Source: an uncultured Sphingobacteriales bacterium
GTDB taxonomy: Bacteria; Bacteroidota; Bacteroidia; CAILMK01; CAYYUA01
NCBI GenBank assembly: GCA_964549595.1
Contig: CAZJWK010000005.1
Coordinates: 1,393 to 65,392 of the forward strand
Direction: 5' to 3'
DNA length: 64,000 bases
Positions 18,832 to 28,529 of the stretch are shown here, piece after piece. The stretch's first letter is position 1; every line of letters starts with the position of its first letter. Both the position numbers and the translations under genes were made by a program. The notes under the pieces were generated by a model. It was not told the origin of the DNA, did not search any database, and saw only the letters and a list, made by a program, of their open reading frames with translations.

Positions 18832-19893
18832 TCATTCCCAATAACGTTTAAAATAACGGTTAATGTTCACTTTTTCATTTAAAGTACCTTCACCTTCAAG
18901 AAAATTAATCATTTGAGAAGCAAAATAAGGGGCCAAAGAAACACCTTTGCTGCCCATGCCATTAAAAATGCCGATTACCCGATCTTCCGGATGAAGACCA
19001 AGGTAGGGCCTCACATCTTGGGTGGCAGGCCTTATACCGGCTTGTTGATCAATAACCTCGTAAGGCACTTTCAGGTTTTTATCCAATAGGCGCTTGAGTT
19101 GTTGAAACCCTTCTTCAGTAGGATAAGGATTATCAATGTCCGTTTCGTAAGTAGAGCCGGAACGGAAGTATCCATTTCCCAACGGTATCAGCCAAAAATC
19201 TTTATTGAGGATTTTGTCCATTTTAAGTTGCTGAGCCTTAATTGTTAGGATCTGACCTTTTACAAAGCTAAAGGGCAACCAATTAAACCAGGGATTATAC
19301 CTGGCCTCACTCCCCTCAGAAAAAATGATGTACCGGGCTGAATCACCTCCTCGTTTTATGCCGGAACCTCCTATAATGAGTTCATCATACGAAAGCTGCT
19401 CCTCCATAAGTAACCCTTTATGCTTTAGGAATTTCCGATAATGGCTCAGAAAGGTTTTGGTATCCAAAAAGCCCGATTTGGTAATTTCAATACCACCCAG
19501 TTCATTGACCAAAAATTCTTCGGGAATGCCCGGTTTTTCACTATCCGCTACATAACCCTTATACTCAGGATTAGCACTCCTGGCCAACCACTCATTTTGC
19601 TGTTCTATATTTTTGAAAACCTTCTGCACATTTTTTTCAAAATAAAATGTATCGTTCAAATGGTTTTCGAGCCCTCTGTAAGTTTGCAATGCAAAAGGCA
19701 GAATATCATCTGCCATCCACGTTTTCACCATTCTTCGTCCCGTTATGGGATTCACTAATCCGGCAGCCACTCGAGAAGCTGAACCCGGATCATTATTATC
19801 AATCACCAATGGTTTCAAGCCTTTTTGTAAGGCAAACCAGGAAAGCAACGAACCGCTTAACCCTTGACCCACAATAATATAATCAAAATGCAT
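18832..19893 (-). CDS. FAD-dependent oxidoreductase, DAO/glycine-oxidase family (MnmC C-terminal domain-like)
   Basis: IIVGQGLSG, SASRVAAGLVNP, KGQIL, GSTY, AGIRPATQDVRPYLG, NGMGSKGVSLAP. Confidence 0.8.
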   Translation of the reverse strand: MHFDYIIVGQGLSGSLLSWFALQKGLKPLVIDNNDPGSASRVAAGLVNPITGRRMVKTWMADDILPFALQTYRGLENHLNDTFYFEKNVQKVFKNIEQQNEWLARSANPEYKGYVADSEKPGIPEEFLVNELGGIEITKSGFLDTKTFLSHYRKFLKHKGLLMEEQLSYDELIIGGSGIKRGGDSARYIIFSEGSEARYNPWFNWLPFSFVKGQILTIKAQQLKMDKILNKDFWLIPLGNGYFRSGSTYETDIDNPYPTEEGFQQLKRLLDKNLKVPYEVIDQQAGIRPATQDVRPYLGLHPEDRVIGIFNGMGSKGVSLAPYFASQMINFLEGEGTLNEKVNINRYFKRYWE

Positions 19894-19995
19894 ACAGCCT
19901 AAGATGCTTTAAATGCCTAACTAATACTTACCAAAACGTAAACCTCGACTTAAAAAAGTGTTGATAACCATGTCAACCTCTTAATTAAGCAACAA

Positions 19996-20682
19996 TCATT
20001 TTTTAATCGCCCTTAACATTTCCCTTTTACCCGGAGGCCCCGATATTCGCTCAACTTCAAAACCACAACTCATCAAATCCCGCCTAACCTGACCTTTAGC
20101 TGAATAGGTAACAAAAACGGACCTTTCAGGCATTTGTTTCGAAATTTTTTGGAAAAGGAAATTCTCCCACATTTCCGGTTGTCGAGAGGGAGCAAAGGCA
20201 TCGTAATACACCAAATGCCAGGAACCTGATAGATCAGCCTTTTCCAATTTTTGTTGAAGCTTCTTTTGTTGAAAAAAAGGATTGACTTCGTACCATTGTC
20301 CAAACGGTAATTGGTGAATTTGTTCAAATTCTTTTTGGGCCTTTTCCCATTCCAATAAATCGGCATAATTGAGCTGGACTATTTGTTTCTTGCTCAAGGG
20401 GTAAGGCTCCAATGCCAGGTAATGCGTTCGCCAATGCCTTTGCTCAACTTCCAGTGCCGTTAATAAAGCATTTAATCCCGTCCCAAGGCCTACCTCCAGG
20501 ATATTCAACGGCTTTTCATTCTGGCTTAATTGATTTAAACCTGATTCAATAAACACATAACGCGACTCTGAAATGGCACCATTTCCGGAATGATAACTTT
20601 CATCCATTTCCGGGATGTAAAGCGTGTGAGACCCATCTCTCGTTTCCTTTAACTGACCGTTATACCCTTTTTTCGTGTCCAT
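19996..20682 (-). CDS. mnmD: tRNA mnm5s2U34 methyltransferase MnmD (stand-alone MnmC methyltransferase domain)
   Basis: DGSHTLY...ESYHS..GA..ES..VFI, ILEVGLGTGLN, YYDAFAP...PEMW, TYSAKG.VRR, GPPGKREML. Confidence 0.9.
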   Translation of the reverse strand: MDTKKGYNGQLKETRDGSHTLYIPEMDESYHSGNGAISESRYVFIESGLNQLSQNEKPLNILEVGLGTGLNALLTALEVEQRHWRTHYLALEPYPLSKKQIVQLNYADLLEWEKAQKEFEQIHQLPFGQWYEVNPFFQQKKLQQKLEKADLSGSWHLVYYDAFAPSRQPEMWENFLFQKISKQMPERSVFVTYSAKGQVRRDLMSCGFEVERISGPPGKREMLRAIKK

Positions 20683-20760
20683 TGCCCTTATTTAATGCCG
20701 AATGTTAGCAATGCTTCCAGGCATCACCTTCTACTTTCTCCATTCAAAAATCAGAAATGA

Positions 20761-21906
20761 TCAATACAAATCGTACTCTAATAACCGGCAATCAATTTTT
20801 CCGTTGTAAAAAGGGATTCGGTTTTTTGTTCTTAAACCAATATGCTTAATCATTTCAAGGTTACCGGTAAAAATGAATCCCTGGTATTCCCGGGCTTCTT
20901 GTTTTAAAAAATCACCAATGGATCTGTATAAATCGGCCAAATCCTCTTCTTCCTCCATCCTTTCGCCATAAGGGGGATTCATAACAATCGTACCAGGTCC
21001 ATCAGGAATCGGGGTTTCTTGAAATTGGCATTCCTTGAATTGAATAAATTTAAGCACGCCGGCCTTTCGGGCATTGGCCTCTGCTGCTTTTAAGGCTTTC
21101 GGATCATGATCGGTGGCAATGATTTCAGTGGCTATGGATTGTTTGGAATTTTTCCGTGCATTTTCCCGGATTTGGTTCCAGAGCTTAGAATTATACCCTT
21201 TTATATGCATAAAACCAAAATTGTTCCTTAATAAACCCGGTGGTCGGTTAAGGGCCCATAAGGCTGCTTCAATGGCCAAAGTCCCTGTTCCGCACATTGG
21301 ATTGATGAATGGTTGGGTAGCAACCCACCGGGTCGCCCTGATAATGGCACCCGCTAAAGCTTCTGACAAAGGGGCCGGACCACTCCTCTGACGATAACCA
21401 TGTTTAGACAATGGTTCACCGGAAGTATCCAGAAAAATAGCACATTTTTCTTCCTGCCAAAAAAGGAATAAAACGGCGCGGTCTTTATTAGGCCCACTAT
21501 CCGGTCTCTTACCTATTTTATCCTGAAAGTGGTCCGCTATGGCATCTTTCACCTTTAAACTGGCAAACCTTGTGTCTTTTATATTATCGTTCTGAACGAA
21601 ATTATCAATACTGAAATATCCGTTTTCCTTTAAATAGTCTCCCCACGAAATTTCTCTTAGCGCATCGTATAATGCTTTGGGTCCGGGAGCCTTGAATCGT
21701 TTTATTAAAAAAAGGACCTTATGCGCAGTCCTGAGGTAAAGATTCAGGTATATGCAATCCCTTAACGAGCCCTTAACCTCGACACCCGTATGGCCCTCTT
21801 GTGTTACTTTATAATCCAGTTCGCGAATTTCTTCTGCCAAATAAGGAGCCATTCCCTTAGGGCATGTCATACGAATTGTCGAAAATTCAGAGTAAAAATC
21901 TACCAT
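20761..21906 (-). CDS. THUMP-domain RNA methyltransferase (RlmL-like, m2G2445)
   Basis: TCPKGMAPYLAEE, NLYLRTAHKVL, LKVKDAIADHF, LDTSGEPLSKHGYR, APLSEALAGA, NPMCGTGTLAIEAA, MNPPYGER. Confidence 0.88.
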   Translation of the reverse strand: MVDFYSEFSTIRMTCPKGMAPYLAEEIRELDYKVTQEGHTGVEVKGSLRDCIYLNLYLRTAHKVLFLIKRFKAPGPKALYDALREISWGDYLKENGYFSIDNFVQNDNIKDTRFASLKVKDAIADHFQDKIGKRPDSGPNKDRAVLFLFWQEEKCAIFLDTSGEPLSKHGYRQRSGPAPLSEALAGAIIRATRWVATQPFINPMCGTGTLAIEAALWALNRPPGLLRNNFGFMHIKGYNSKLWNQIRENARKNSKQSIATEIIATDHDPKALKAAEANARKAGVLKFIQFKECQFQETPIPDGPGTIVMNPPYGERMEEEEDLADLYRSIGDFLKQEAREYQGFIFTGNLEMIKHIGLRTKNRIPFYNGKIDCRLLEYDLY

Positions 21907-22116
21907 TGGATAATGCTTGAGTCATTAAAGATTAAAAACATGACCATGAAAATGCTGAGGATGCATTTGAATACCCCGTTTTTTATCATATTGAAAAATT
22001 AAGCTGATGGCTTAATTTGCATGAAAACCATTACTAACATTTCATACGCAAAATGTTTTACTTTGTAGCGCAAAAATAAGGATATTCTGAGGCGAAAGGC
22101 AGTTTGCCATTGAATC

Positions 22117-22923
22117 ATGTTGAATAGCAAGAATTATTACGAAGCCGATAAAAAACCCTTCATGGATCATTTGGATGCCTTACGTTGGCATTTGATCAGA
22201 TCCATAGTAGTCATATTTGCCTTAACCATTATTGCATTTGTCAACAAGGATTTTGTTTTTGACGGATTGGTTCTTGCTCCCGCAAGAACAGACTTCTGGA
22301 CTTACCAAACCCTTTGCCTGCTCTCAAATAAACTTTATCTTGGGGACAACCTCTGCATTAAGGAAATGGGGTTTGAGCTTTCCAATATCCATATGGCCGG
22401 GCAATTCACCCAGCATATTTTTGTATCCGTTGCCATGGGAATAATCGTAGGGTTTCCATACTTAATGTTTGAGCTTTGGCGTTTTATAAAACCCGGCCTT
22501 ACCAAGGCTGAACGCAAATACGGACGCAACCTGATTTTTTTTAGTTCATTGCTTTTTTTCCTGGGGGTTCTTTTCGGGTATTTTATGCTTAGCCCAATGT
22601 CCATCCAATTTTTGGGTAGTTACCGTGTGACGCAGGAGATTACCAACGTGATTACCTTGCGAAGCTTCATTGCTACCCTCGCTTCTGTCATTTTTGCAGC
22701 GGCCATCATTTTTGAGATCCCTGTTTTGATCTATTTCCTCTCAAGAATGGGATTGGTAACCCCGGATTTGATGAAGGCTTACCGTGCCCATTCCATAGTA
22801 GGGGTATTAGCCCTTTCGGCTATTTTAACCCCGCCGGACCTGACCAGCCAGATATTGCTCTGTGTTCCTTTTATCCTGATTTATGAGTTTAGTATCAGGA
22901 TTGCTAAGTGGATTTACAAGTAA
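22117..22923 (+). CDS. tatC: Twin-arginine translocase subunit TatC
   Basis: FMDHLDALRWHLIRS, 6 TM helices, FEIPV, SAILTPPDLTSQ, YEFSI. Confidence 0.93.
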   Translation: MLNSKNYYEADKKPFMDHLDALRWHLIRSIVVIFALTIIAFVNKDFVFDGLVLAPARTDFWTYQTLCLLSNKLYLGDNLCIKEMGFELSNIHMAGQFTQHIFVSVAMGIIVGFPYLMFELWRFIKPGLTKAERKYGRNLIFFSSLLFFLGVLFGYFMLSPMSIQFLGSYRVTQEITNVITLRSFIATLASVIFAAAIIFEIPVLIYFLSRMGLVTPDLMKAYRAHSIVGVLALSAILTPPDLTSQILLCVPFILIYEFSIRIAKWIYK

Positions 22924-23067
22924 AAAGGAGGTGAAATTGAGTAGCAATAAGAGTAAAAAACCAAAAAAGAAAAACAAAACAGGGTTATAAGCCAGAATAC
23001 ATTGTGTTGGGTTGTTGTTTTCAGAAGTTAGCCTTTGACATTAAATTTTATGCAAGGTTGGCCAGGC

Positions 23068-23724
23068 CTAATAGACCTCACACACTTCTTCAAAACTTTT
23101 CCGTTTCAGGTTGGGTACCTGCGCATCCTTAGCCGGATAGCCCACGGGTATGAGTAGAAAAGGCCTTTCGTTTTTGGGACGTTCCAGGACCGATTTCAGG
23201 AAATCCATTGGGCTTGGCGTATGAGTGACCGCTGCCAGGCCGGCATTGTGGATAGCAACCAATAGAAAACCACACGCCAATCCTACGCTCTCATTGACAT
23301 AATAATTGGGGTATTTTTGGTTATTAATGAGATCATAGGGCTTTTTGAAAACTACCAACAGCCAGGGCGCTATCTCCAGGAATGGTTTGTTCGGCTCGGT
23401 CCCTAACTTGGCCAAGTCTTCTTTCCATTGCTCACTCATTCGCTTTTCATAGTTGATGCGCTCTTCCTCTTCGGCTGCATTACGGATTTGCTTTTTTACC
23501 GAAGCATCTCCTACCAAACAAAAGGTCCAGGGTTGCTTATGAGCCCCTGAAGGCGCGGAAGAGGCAGTCATGATAATATGCTTCATTACCTCGAAGGGCA
23601 CCTGTTCATCCGAAAATTCCCGGACGGTGCGTCTATGGTCCAAGGCCTCATAAAATTGGCGACTCCGAATAAGGACTTCTTGATTGCTTAAGGGGTGGTG
23701 CTGATAAGGTATAAAATCTGCCAT
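23068..23724 (-). CDS. Iodotyrosine deiodinase-type nitroreductase-family flavoprotein
   Basis: RRTVREFS, APSGAHKQPWTF, substrate lid E-x3-Y-x20-K (ERINY...NK), SVGLACG, THTPSP, LLIPVGYP. Confidence 0.85.
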   Translation of the reverse strand: MADFIPYQHHPLSNQEVLIRSRQFYEALDHRRTVREFSDEQVPFEVMKHIIMTASSAPSGAHKQPWTFCLVGDASVKKQIRNAAEEEERINYEKRMSEQWKEDLAKLGTEPNKPFLEIAPWLLVVFKKPYDLINNQKYPNYYVNESVGLACGFLLVAIHNAGLAAVTHTPSPMDFLKSVLERPKNERPFLLIPVGYPAKDAQVPNLKRKSFEEVCEVY

Positions 23725-23957
23725 AAAAGCTTATTTGAAAAATCCGGGTTCGAATATAGGAACGCTTAAATTGAAAAAATCATCGAAATAAGCGCCTAAG
23801 TAATTCTCATAATGAATGAGTGTCTGCTTCCTAATGAAGACTTTGGCTTTAAACCTGTTGGATTGACTCAATGGAAGGGCTACAGGTGGGATAAAAAATC
23901 CGTTCAAAACTGGATACTTAACCTTTGGCTTAAACTTACTTCAGTAATTTTTTTAAA

Positions 23958-24617
23958 TTGGCTATCTTTAAAAAGCCTTTTATGGATCCTTATTCCTTTC
24001 AGGATAACACCTTTGAAGAAGACAATCAGATCATCCGGGACAGCCTAAAAACCATAGGTCAGCGATACCAAGTAACGAAAGTGACTGAAGCTGAAGAAGG
24101 CCAAATACAGCAACAACTAGCTCAATTTGATGCTTTTCAGGCTTATCAGCAGGTAATCCTGTATGGTGCGGCTAAAGTAACCCATAACAATCATAGTAGC
24201 TACTTCACTGTAGTCACGCTAAATGCACAGCCGGAGGGCTTAACTGTTTACCAAAGCCAACAGCCGGATTTGACGGAATTTACCTTTGCAGGCTTGACGA
24301 GATTGAAGAAAAATTACGGTGATGTAAAAATCCGTCCGGATACTACCACCGATAAACTGGTTGAGCTGTTCAAACCCACTAAGATTAAATTTCCGATGGA
24401 TAAAGCATTTCATAAGCACTACCATGTGACTGCTGACGACACCCAACATTTAAAAGAAAAGGTAACCACCCAATTTCTGGACACCATAAAGCAACATGAG
24501 GCACTCGAAATAGAGATCAAAGGAAGGGATTTGCTGGTACGCTTACCTAAAGGAATATCAGTAAAGGTTGCGGAGCAGTTAGCCGATTTTTTGGCGGGGA
24601 TTACCGTAGCGGGTTGA
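23958..24617 (+). CDS. Hypothetical protein
   Basis: 219-codon open frame filling the gap between convergent neighbours; start uncertain (TTG 23958 or the internal ATG of MDPYSF). No family recognised with confidence. Confidence 0.6.
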   Translation: MAIFKKPFMDPYSFQDNTFEEDNQIIRDSLKTIGQRYQVTKVTEAEEGQIQQQLAQFDAFQAYQQVILYGAAKVTHNNHSSYFTVVTLNAQPEGLTVYQSQQPDLTEFTFAGLTRLKKNYGDVKIRPDTTTDKLVELFKPTKIKFPMDKAFHKHYHVTADDTQHLKEKVTTQFLDTIKQHEALEIEIKGRDLLVRLPKGISVKVAEQLADFLAGITVAG

Positions 24618-24710
24618 ATAAAGGTTAATCGAAATGCTTAAAACCTTAATCAAAAACCAAAATTTAACCTTAGGAATTCCTTACAAGCATTTGGAAAATG
24701 TGAAAGACCC

Positions 24711-26603
24711 TTAATAAGCCCGCTCATCGCTCCCCTCATAATAGTTAATAAAAGCCTTATTCATTACTTTATTTCCACCGGCAGTGGGGAAGTTACCGGT
24801 AAAATACCAATCACCCTTGTTTTTAGGACATGCTTGATGAAGATTTTCGATACTTTGAAAGATGACGTCCACTTCGGAATCCAACGATTCAGGCTTAATA
24901 AGCTCGGCGATTTTTTGAGAGACCTCCCGCGTATCAAGGGGATCATAGATAGCCTTGACATGGTTTTCATGCTGGCTGGGTGGTGCTTCTTCCTGATTTT
25001 TGCATTTTTCATAGACTTCATCAATGATATGAGCCTGATTTTTTTCCTCAAGCAGGGAGATGGCCGCCCGAAACGCAATAAATTCACCCAGCTTGGACAT
25101 ATCAATGCCATAGCAATCCGGGTATCTGATTTGGGGTGCTGAAGAGACGATGACAATCTTTTTGGGTTTTAACCGGCCTAAAATACTGATTATGCTTTGC
25201 TTCAAAGTGGTACCCCGAACAATGGAATCGTCCAGAACAGCCAATTGATCTACATGGGGCCGAACCACGCCATAGCTCGTGTCATAAACATGGGCCACCA
25301 ATTCATCACGGGCATTGTCATCGGTAATGAAAGTCCTTAGTTTGGCATCTTTTACCGCCATTTGTTCTAACCGTGGGGTAAGGTTAAGCAAATTGGTTAA
25401 TGCCTCATCGCTCATATTGGGATTTTGCTGAATCTGGGCTTTTTTGTAATCATTAAGATAATTTTCAAGTCCTTTCAACAATCCAATGAATGCGGTTTCA
25501 GAAGTATTGGGGATATAAGAAAAGATGGAGTTTTCAAAATCATAATCCACACTTTTCAGCACATCATGGGTTAAAAGCTTTCCTAACATTTTTCTCTCCT
25601 GATAAATTTCCTCATCTGTACCCCTTGAAAAATAAATGCGCTCAAATGAGCAGGAAAGTTTTTTCTTTGGAGGCAGGATCTCTTTTTCACTTACCGTGCC
25701 GTCTTTTTTTGAAATTAAAGCATGGCCGGGTTTAATTTCCGGTATGTCTGCAAAGGGCACATTAAAAGCTGTTTTGATCGCCGGTCTTTCAGAGGTAACG
25801 ACCAGGATCTCATCATCCTGGTAATAATATGCGGGTCGTATGCCATTGGGATCCCTGAAAACAAAAGCATCTCCATGTCCTGTCATTCCAGTCATGGCAT
25901 AGCCTCCGTCCAGGTCATGGGCAGAATCTTTCAGTACATTTTCCAACGAAAGGTGTTTGGCAATTAAAGGGGATATTTGCCTTTTTGAATAGCCTGCCTG
26001 CCGAAAGTGGTTGTAAAGCCGCTCATTTTCTTCATCCAGAAAATGCCCAATTTTTTCAAGGACCGTTACTGTGTCATTTTTAGCCCTTGGATGCTGCCCT
26101 ATGTTGACCAGGTGATTAAACAACTCTTCATTATTGGTCATATTAAAATTCCCGGCCACAACCAGGTTGCGACTCATCCAATTATTTTGACGAATAATCG
26201 GGTGGCAAAACCGCAAACCTCTGTCTCCATAGGTACCGTACCTAAGATGGCCCAGCAATAATTCCCCGTAATAAGGAACATTTTTCTTTAACCATTCGGC
26301 ATCTTTCAGTTTTTCCGGGTCTTTCACATTTCCGAAGAAACCCTGTATGTACTGGAAAATGGCTTCTATAGGATTGGAGTCAATTGAGCGTTTCCGAAAA
26401 ATATACTGCTCACCGGGTTCCGGATCAAAACGGATAGAGGCTACACCCGCTCCGTCCTGGCCACGGTTGTGTTGTTTTTCCATGAGCAGATACAACTTGT
26501 TAAGGCCGTAAAGAGGAGAACCGTATTTTTCCAGGTAATAAGAAAGGGGTTTTAAATGGCGAATCAGTGCTACGCCACATTCATGTTTAATTTGTTCACT
26601 CAT
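24711..26603 (-). CDS. purF: Amidophosphoribosyltransferase (long Bacteroidota type)
   Basis: Propeptide MSEQIKHE|CG, QHNRGQDGAG, GHLRYGT, FRDPNGIRP, CSFERIYFSRG, LDDSIVRGTT, SSAPQIRYPDCYGIDM. Confidence 0.94.
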   Translation of the reverse strand: MSEQIKHECGVALIRHLKPLSYYLEKYGSPLYGLNKLYLLMEKQHNRGQDGAGVASIRFDPEPGEQYIFRKRSIDSNPIEAIFQYIQGFFGNVKDPEKLKDAEWLKKNVPYYGELLLGHLRYGTYGDRGLRFCHPIIRQNNWMSRNLVVAGNFNMTNNEELFNHLVNIGQHPRAKNDTVTVLEKIGHFLDEENERLYNHFRQAGYSKRQISPLIAKHLSLENVLKDSAHDLDGGYAMTGMTGHGDAFVFRDPNGIRPAYYYQDDEILVVTSERPAIKTAFNVPFADIPEIKPGHALISKKDGTVSEKEILPPKKKLSCSFERIYFSRGTDEEIYQERKMLGKLLTHDVLKSVDYDFENSIFSYIPNTSETAFIGLLKGLENYLNDYKKAQIQQNPNMSDEALTNLLNLTPRLEQMAVKDAKLRTFITDDNARDELVAHVYDTSYGVVRPHVDQLAVLDDSIVRGTTLKQSIISILGRLKPKKIVIVSSAPQIRYPDCYGIDMSKLGEFIAFRAAISLLEEKNQAHIIDEVYEKCKNQEEAPPSQHENHVKAIYDPLDTREVSQKIAELIKPESLDSEVDVIFQSIENLHQACPKNKGDWYFTGNFPTAGGNKVMNKAFINYYEGSDERAY

Positions 26604-26631
26604 TGAATTCCATTAAGCCATTTAAAGCTTG

Positions 26632-26639
26632 CAAAGGTA
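26632..26639 (-). promoter_or_regulatory. -7 promoter element for purF
   Basis: Minus-strand TACCTTTG 28 bp upstream of the ATG. Confidence 0.55.
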
Positions 26640-26799
26640 TTAAATATGCATTAAAAAGCACCCTCCAAGGGTTCGTTAAAAAAGGATAGGCCTCAGCTTA
26701 TTGCCTTGAATAACAAAACCTTATTTAAACAACCAAAAACCGAAGCTAAATCCATTCGTTGGATGCTCTTTTCAAAACCCAATATTTCAAGGGAATTTT

Positions 26800-26807
26800 T
26801 AATTTTG
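26800..26807 (+). promoter_or_regulatory. -7 promoter element for the LapA-family gene
   Basis: TAATTTTG 32 bp upstream of ATG 26840. Confidence 0.5.
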
Positions 26808-26839
26808 GATTTGAAAGGAAATGTTTAAAATAACAAACA

Positions 26840-27163
26840 ATGGCGAAGCAAACCACGCGGCCAAGTAACTACAATTATCCTTACCTAATAGGGTTGTTAA
26901 TCGGGTTAATACTTCTTGTCATAATTGCCATCCAAAATTCAGAGGTAGTGACCCTGAATTTACTGGCCTGGAAAATGAAAAATTCCCTTTCTCTGTTTTT
27001 AACCATATTATTTACCTTAGGTTTTATTATCGGGGTTTTGACATCCTTGATCAATTTATTTCGCAAGGACCGGGTCATCCATAAACAGGCGAAACAAATC
27101 CAGGAATTGGAAAATGAAGCCGAAGACTTAAGGCGAAAGATCGAGGAAAATCCTAATTTTTAG
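26840..27163 (+). CDS. LapA (DUF1049) family membrane protein
   Basis: TM-IAIQNSEVVTLNLL-TM followed by a coiled-coil tail. Confidence 0.78.
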   Translation: MAKQTTRPSNYNYPYLIGLLIGLILLVIIAIQNSEVVTLNLLAWKMKNSLSLFLTILFTLGFIIGVLTSLINLFRKDRVIHKQAKQIQELENEAEDLRRKIEENPNF

Positions 27164-28523
27164 TTTTCGTGAAAACCCTAAAATGGCTATTGGTTAACAG
27201 GCTTGGCATTAGCCATTCAATGACCAGGAAAGTAAATACCAATAAATACTCCAATGCCGTTAGCCAAAGGTTTTCCTGGTAAGCCGGTGTCCTGTAGGTG
27301 GCATAGCTTAAAATAATTAAATAAGACCATAAAAAAGGAAACCGAAAACGGGTAAACAGGGAAAAGGGCAACAATGCAATAATATACCAGGGATGAACCG
27401 TGGTGCTGAAAATTAGATAGATGGTTAAAATCCCTACAATAGCCTGGGGCAAATGCTTTTTATCAGGCTTATCTTCTTTCCAGGCAAAGATTCCAATGCC
27501 AAGGACAGTCAAGATAGGCAAAATTTTTCCCAGGGTATTGATCATGTTGTACCCCTCAAACATAAACCCAAACCAGCGAAGCAGGTAATAAAAGCTGGCA
27601 TTGAATTCAAAGGTCTGAAAATATAATTCAAGGCTTTGGAACATGTGGTAAAATTGGGATAAATCGGTTACGGTTAAAAAGCTTAAAAAAGTGATGAACA
27701 ATGCCAAAAATCCATAGCCGATTGTTTTGAGCATCCCGATTCTTCTGATCAGGAGGGGTAAAAAAATTAATGGCAGCAGCTTTGCCATTACAGCCACTGA
27801 AAAAGCCAGCGAAGACAAGAAAAGCCGGTTTTTACATAGCATGACAAAGGCCAGAAGCAACCCGAAGATCATAACCCCCTCAAAGTGTAAATTTCCTGTG
27901 ATTTCAGCAATAACAAGGGGATTAAGGGCATACAGCAAAACCAGGTAAAGGGGTAACCGGAAAAAGCGGAGCAACCAAATTATGAGTAAAATATTCCCGA
28001 TTTCAAAAAGCAATAGTATGACCCGGATTAAAACAGTATTGGCCATAATACTTTCCGGAAACAAAAAAGCCGAAAGGGTAAATACCCACTGAGCCAGAGG
28101 GGGATAAATCGTGTAATATTCCGGGGAATTCAGCTTTTCATAGAGTGCCTTGTTGATTCCGGTTATATCCATGGCCTGGCCTTCTCCTGTAATGTAATGG
28201 CTTGGCAGGTATTTAAAAGGATCTATACCCTGGGCTAATAACCTACCATCCCAGATAAACCGATAAATGTCATCAGATAATGCCGGAATAGCAGGCATAT
28301 AAATCAACCGGAAAGCAAAAGCTCCGGCGAAGCCCAACCAGAATACTAACCGGTGGTCGGCAGATTTAATAATAACCAGGTAGGCAAGAAATAGTAAGGA
28401 AAAGCCACTTAGAAGCAATCCGAAATCAGAACGGTTAAGCTCATAAGCCATCCAAAGCCAGCAGAATAAGGAAATCAATAATCCTAAACCGGACCATAAA
28501 GGCTTTTTATAATTATAAAGCAA
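27153..28523 (-). CDS. GT87-like polyprenol-phosphate-sugar-dependent membrane glycosyltransferase (GT-C)
   Basis: LSDDIYRFIWDG, YYTIYPPLAQ, YALNPLVIAEITGNLHFE, AKLLPL, FEFNAS, TTVHPWY. Confidence 0.78.
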   Translation of the reverse strand: MLYNYKKPLWSGLGLLISLFCWLWMAYELNRSDFGLLLSGFSLLFLAYLVIIKSADHRLVFWLGFAGAFAFRLIYMPAIPALSDDIYRFIWDGRLLAQGIDPFKYLPSHYITGEGQAMDITGINKALYEKLNSPEYYTIYPPLAQWVFTLSAFLFPESIMANTVLIRVILLLFEIGNILLIIWLLRFFRLPLYLVLLYALNPLVIAEITGNLHFEGVMIFGLLLAFVMLCKNRLFLSSLAFSVAVMAKLLPLIFLPLLIRRIGMLKTIGYGFLALFITFLSFLTVTDLSQFYHMFQSLELYFQTFEFNASFYYLLRWFGFMFEGYNMINTLGKILPILTVLGIGIFAWKEDKPDKKHLPQAIVGILTIYLIFSTTVHPWYIIALLPFSLFTRFRFPFLWSYLIILSYATYRTPAYQENLWLTALEYLLVFTFLVIEWLMPSLLTNSHFRVFTKTKN

Positions 28524-28529
28524 GGCTCG

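Noticed and set aside
23745-23755. CGGGTTCGAAT identical to tRNA-Gly T-arm bases 45016-45026 (possible att-site remnant)
   Set aside because: Only 11 bp; about two such matches are expected by chance for a 72-nt query over both strands of 64 kb. It is upstream of the tRNA, does not include the 3' end, and no integrase is present.
23812-24048. 78-aa ORF overlapping the 23958 gene, considered as a frameshifted N-terminus
   Set aside because: Composition looks non-coding (Trp/Leu-rich, AT-rich), with no slippery site or homology cue to join the frames.
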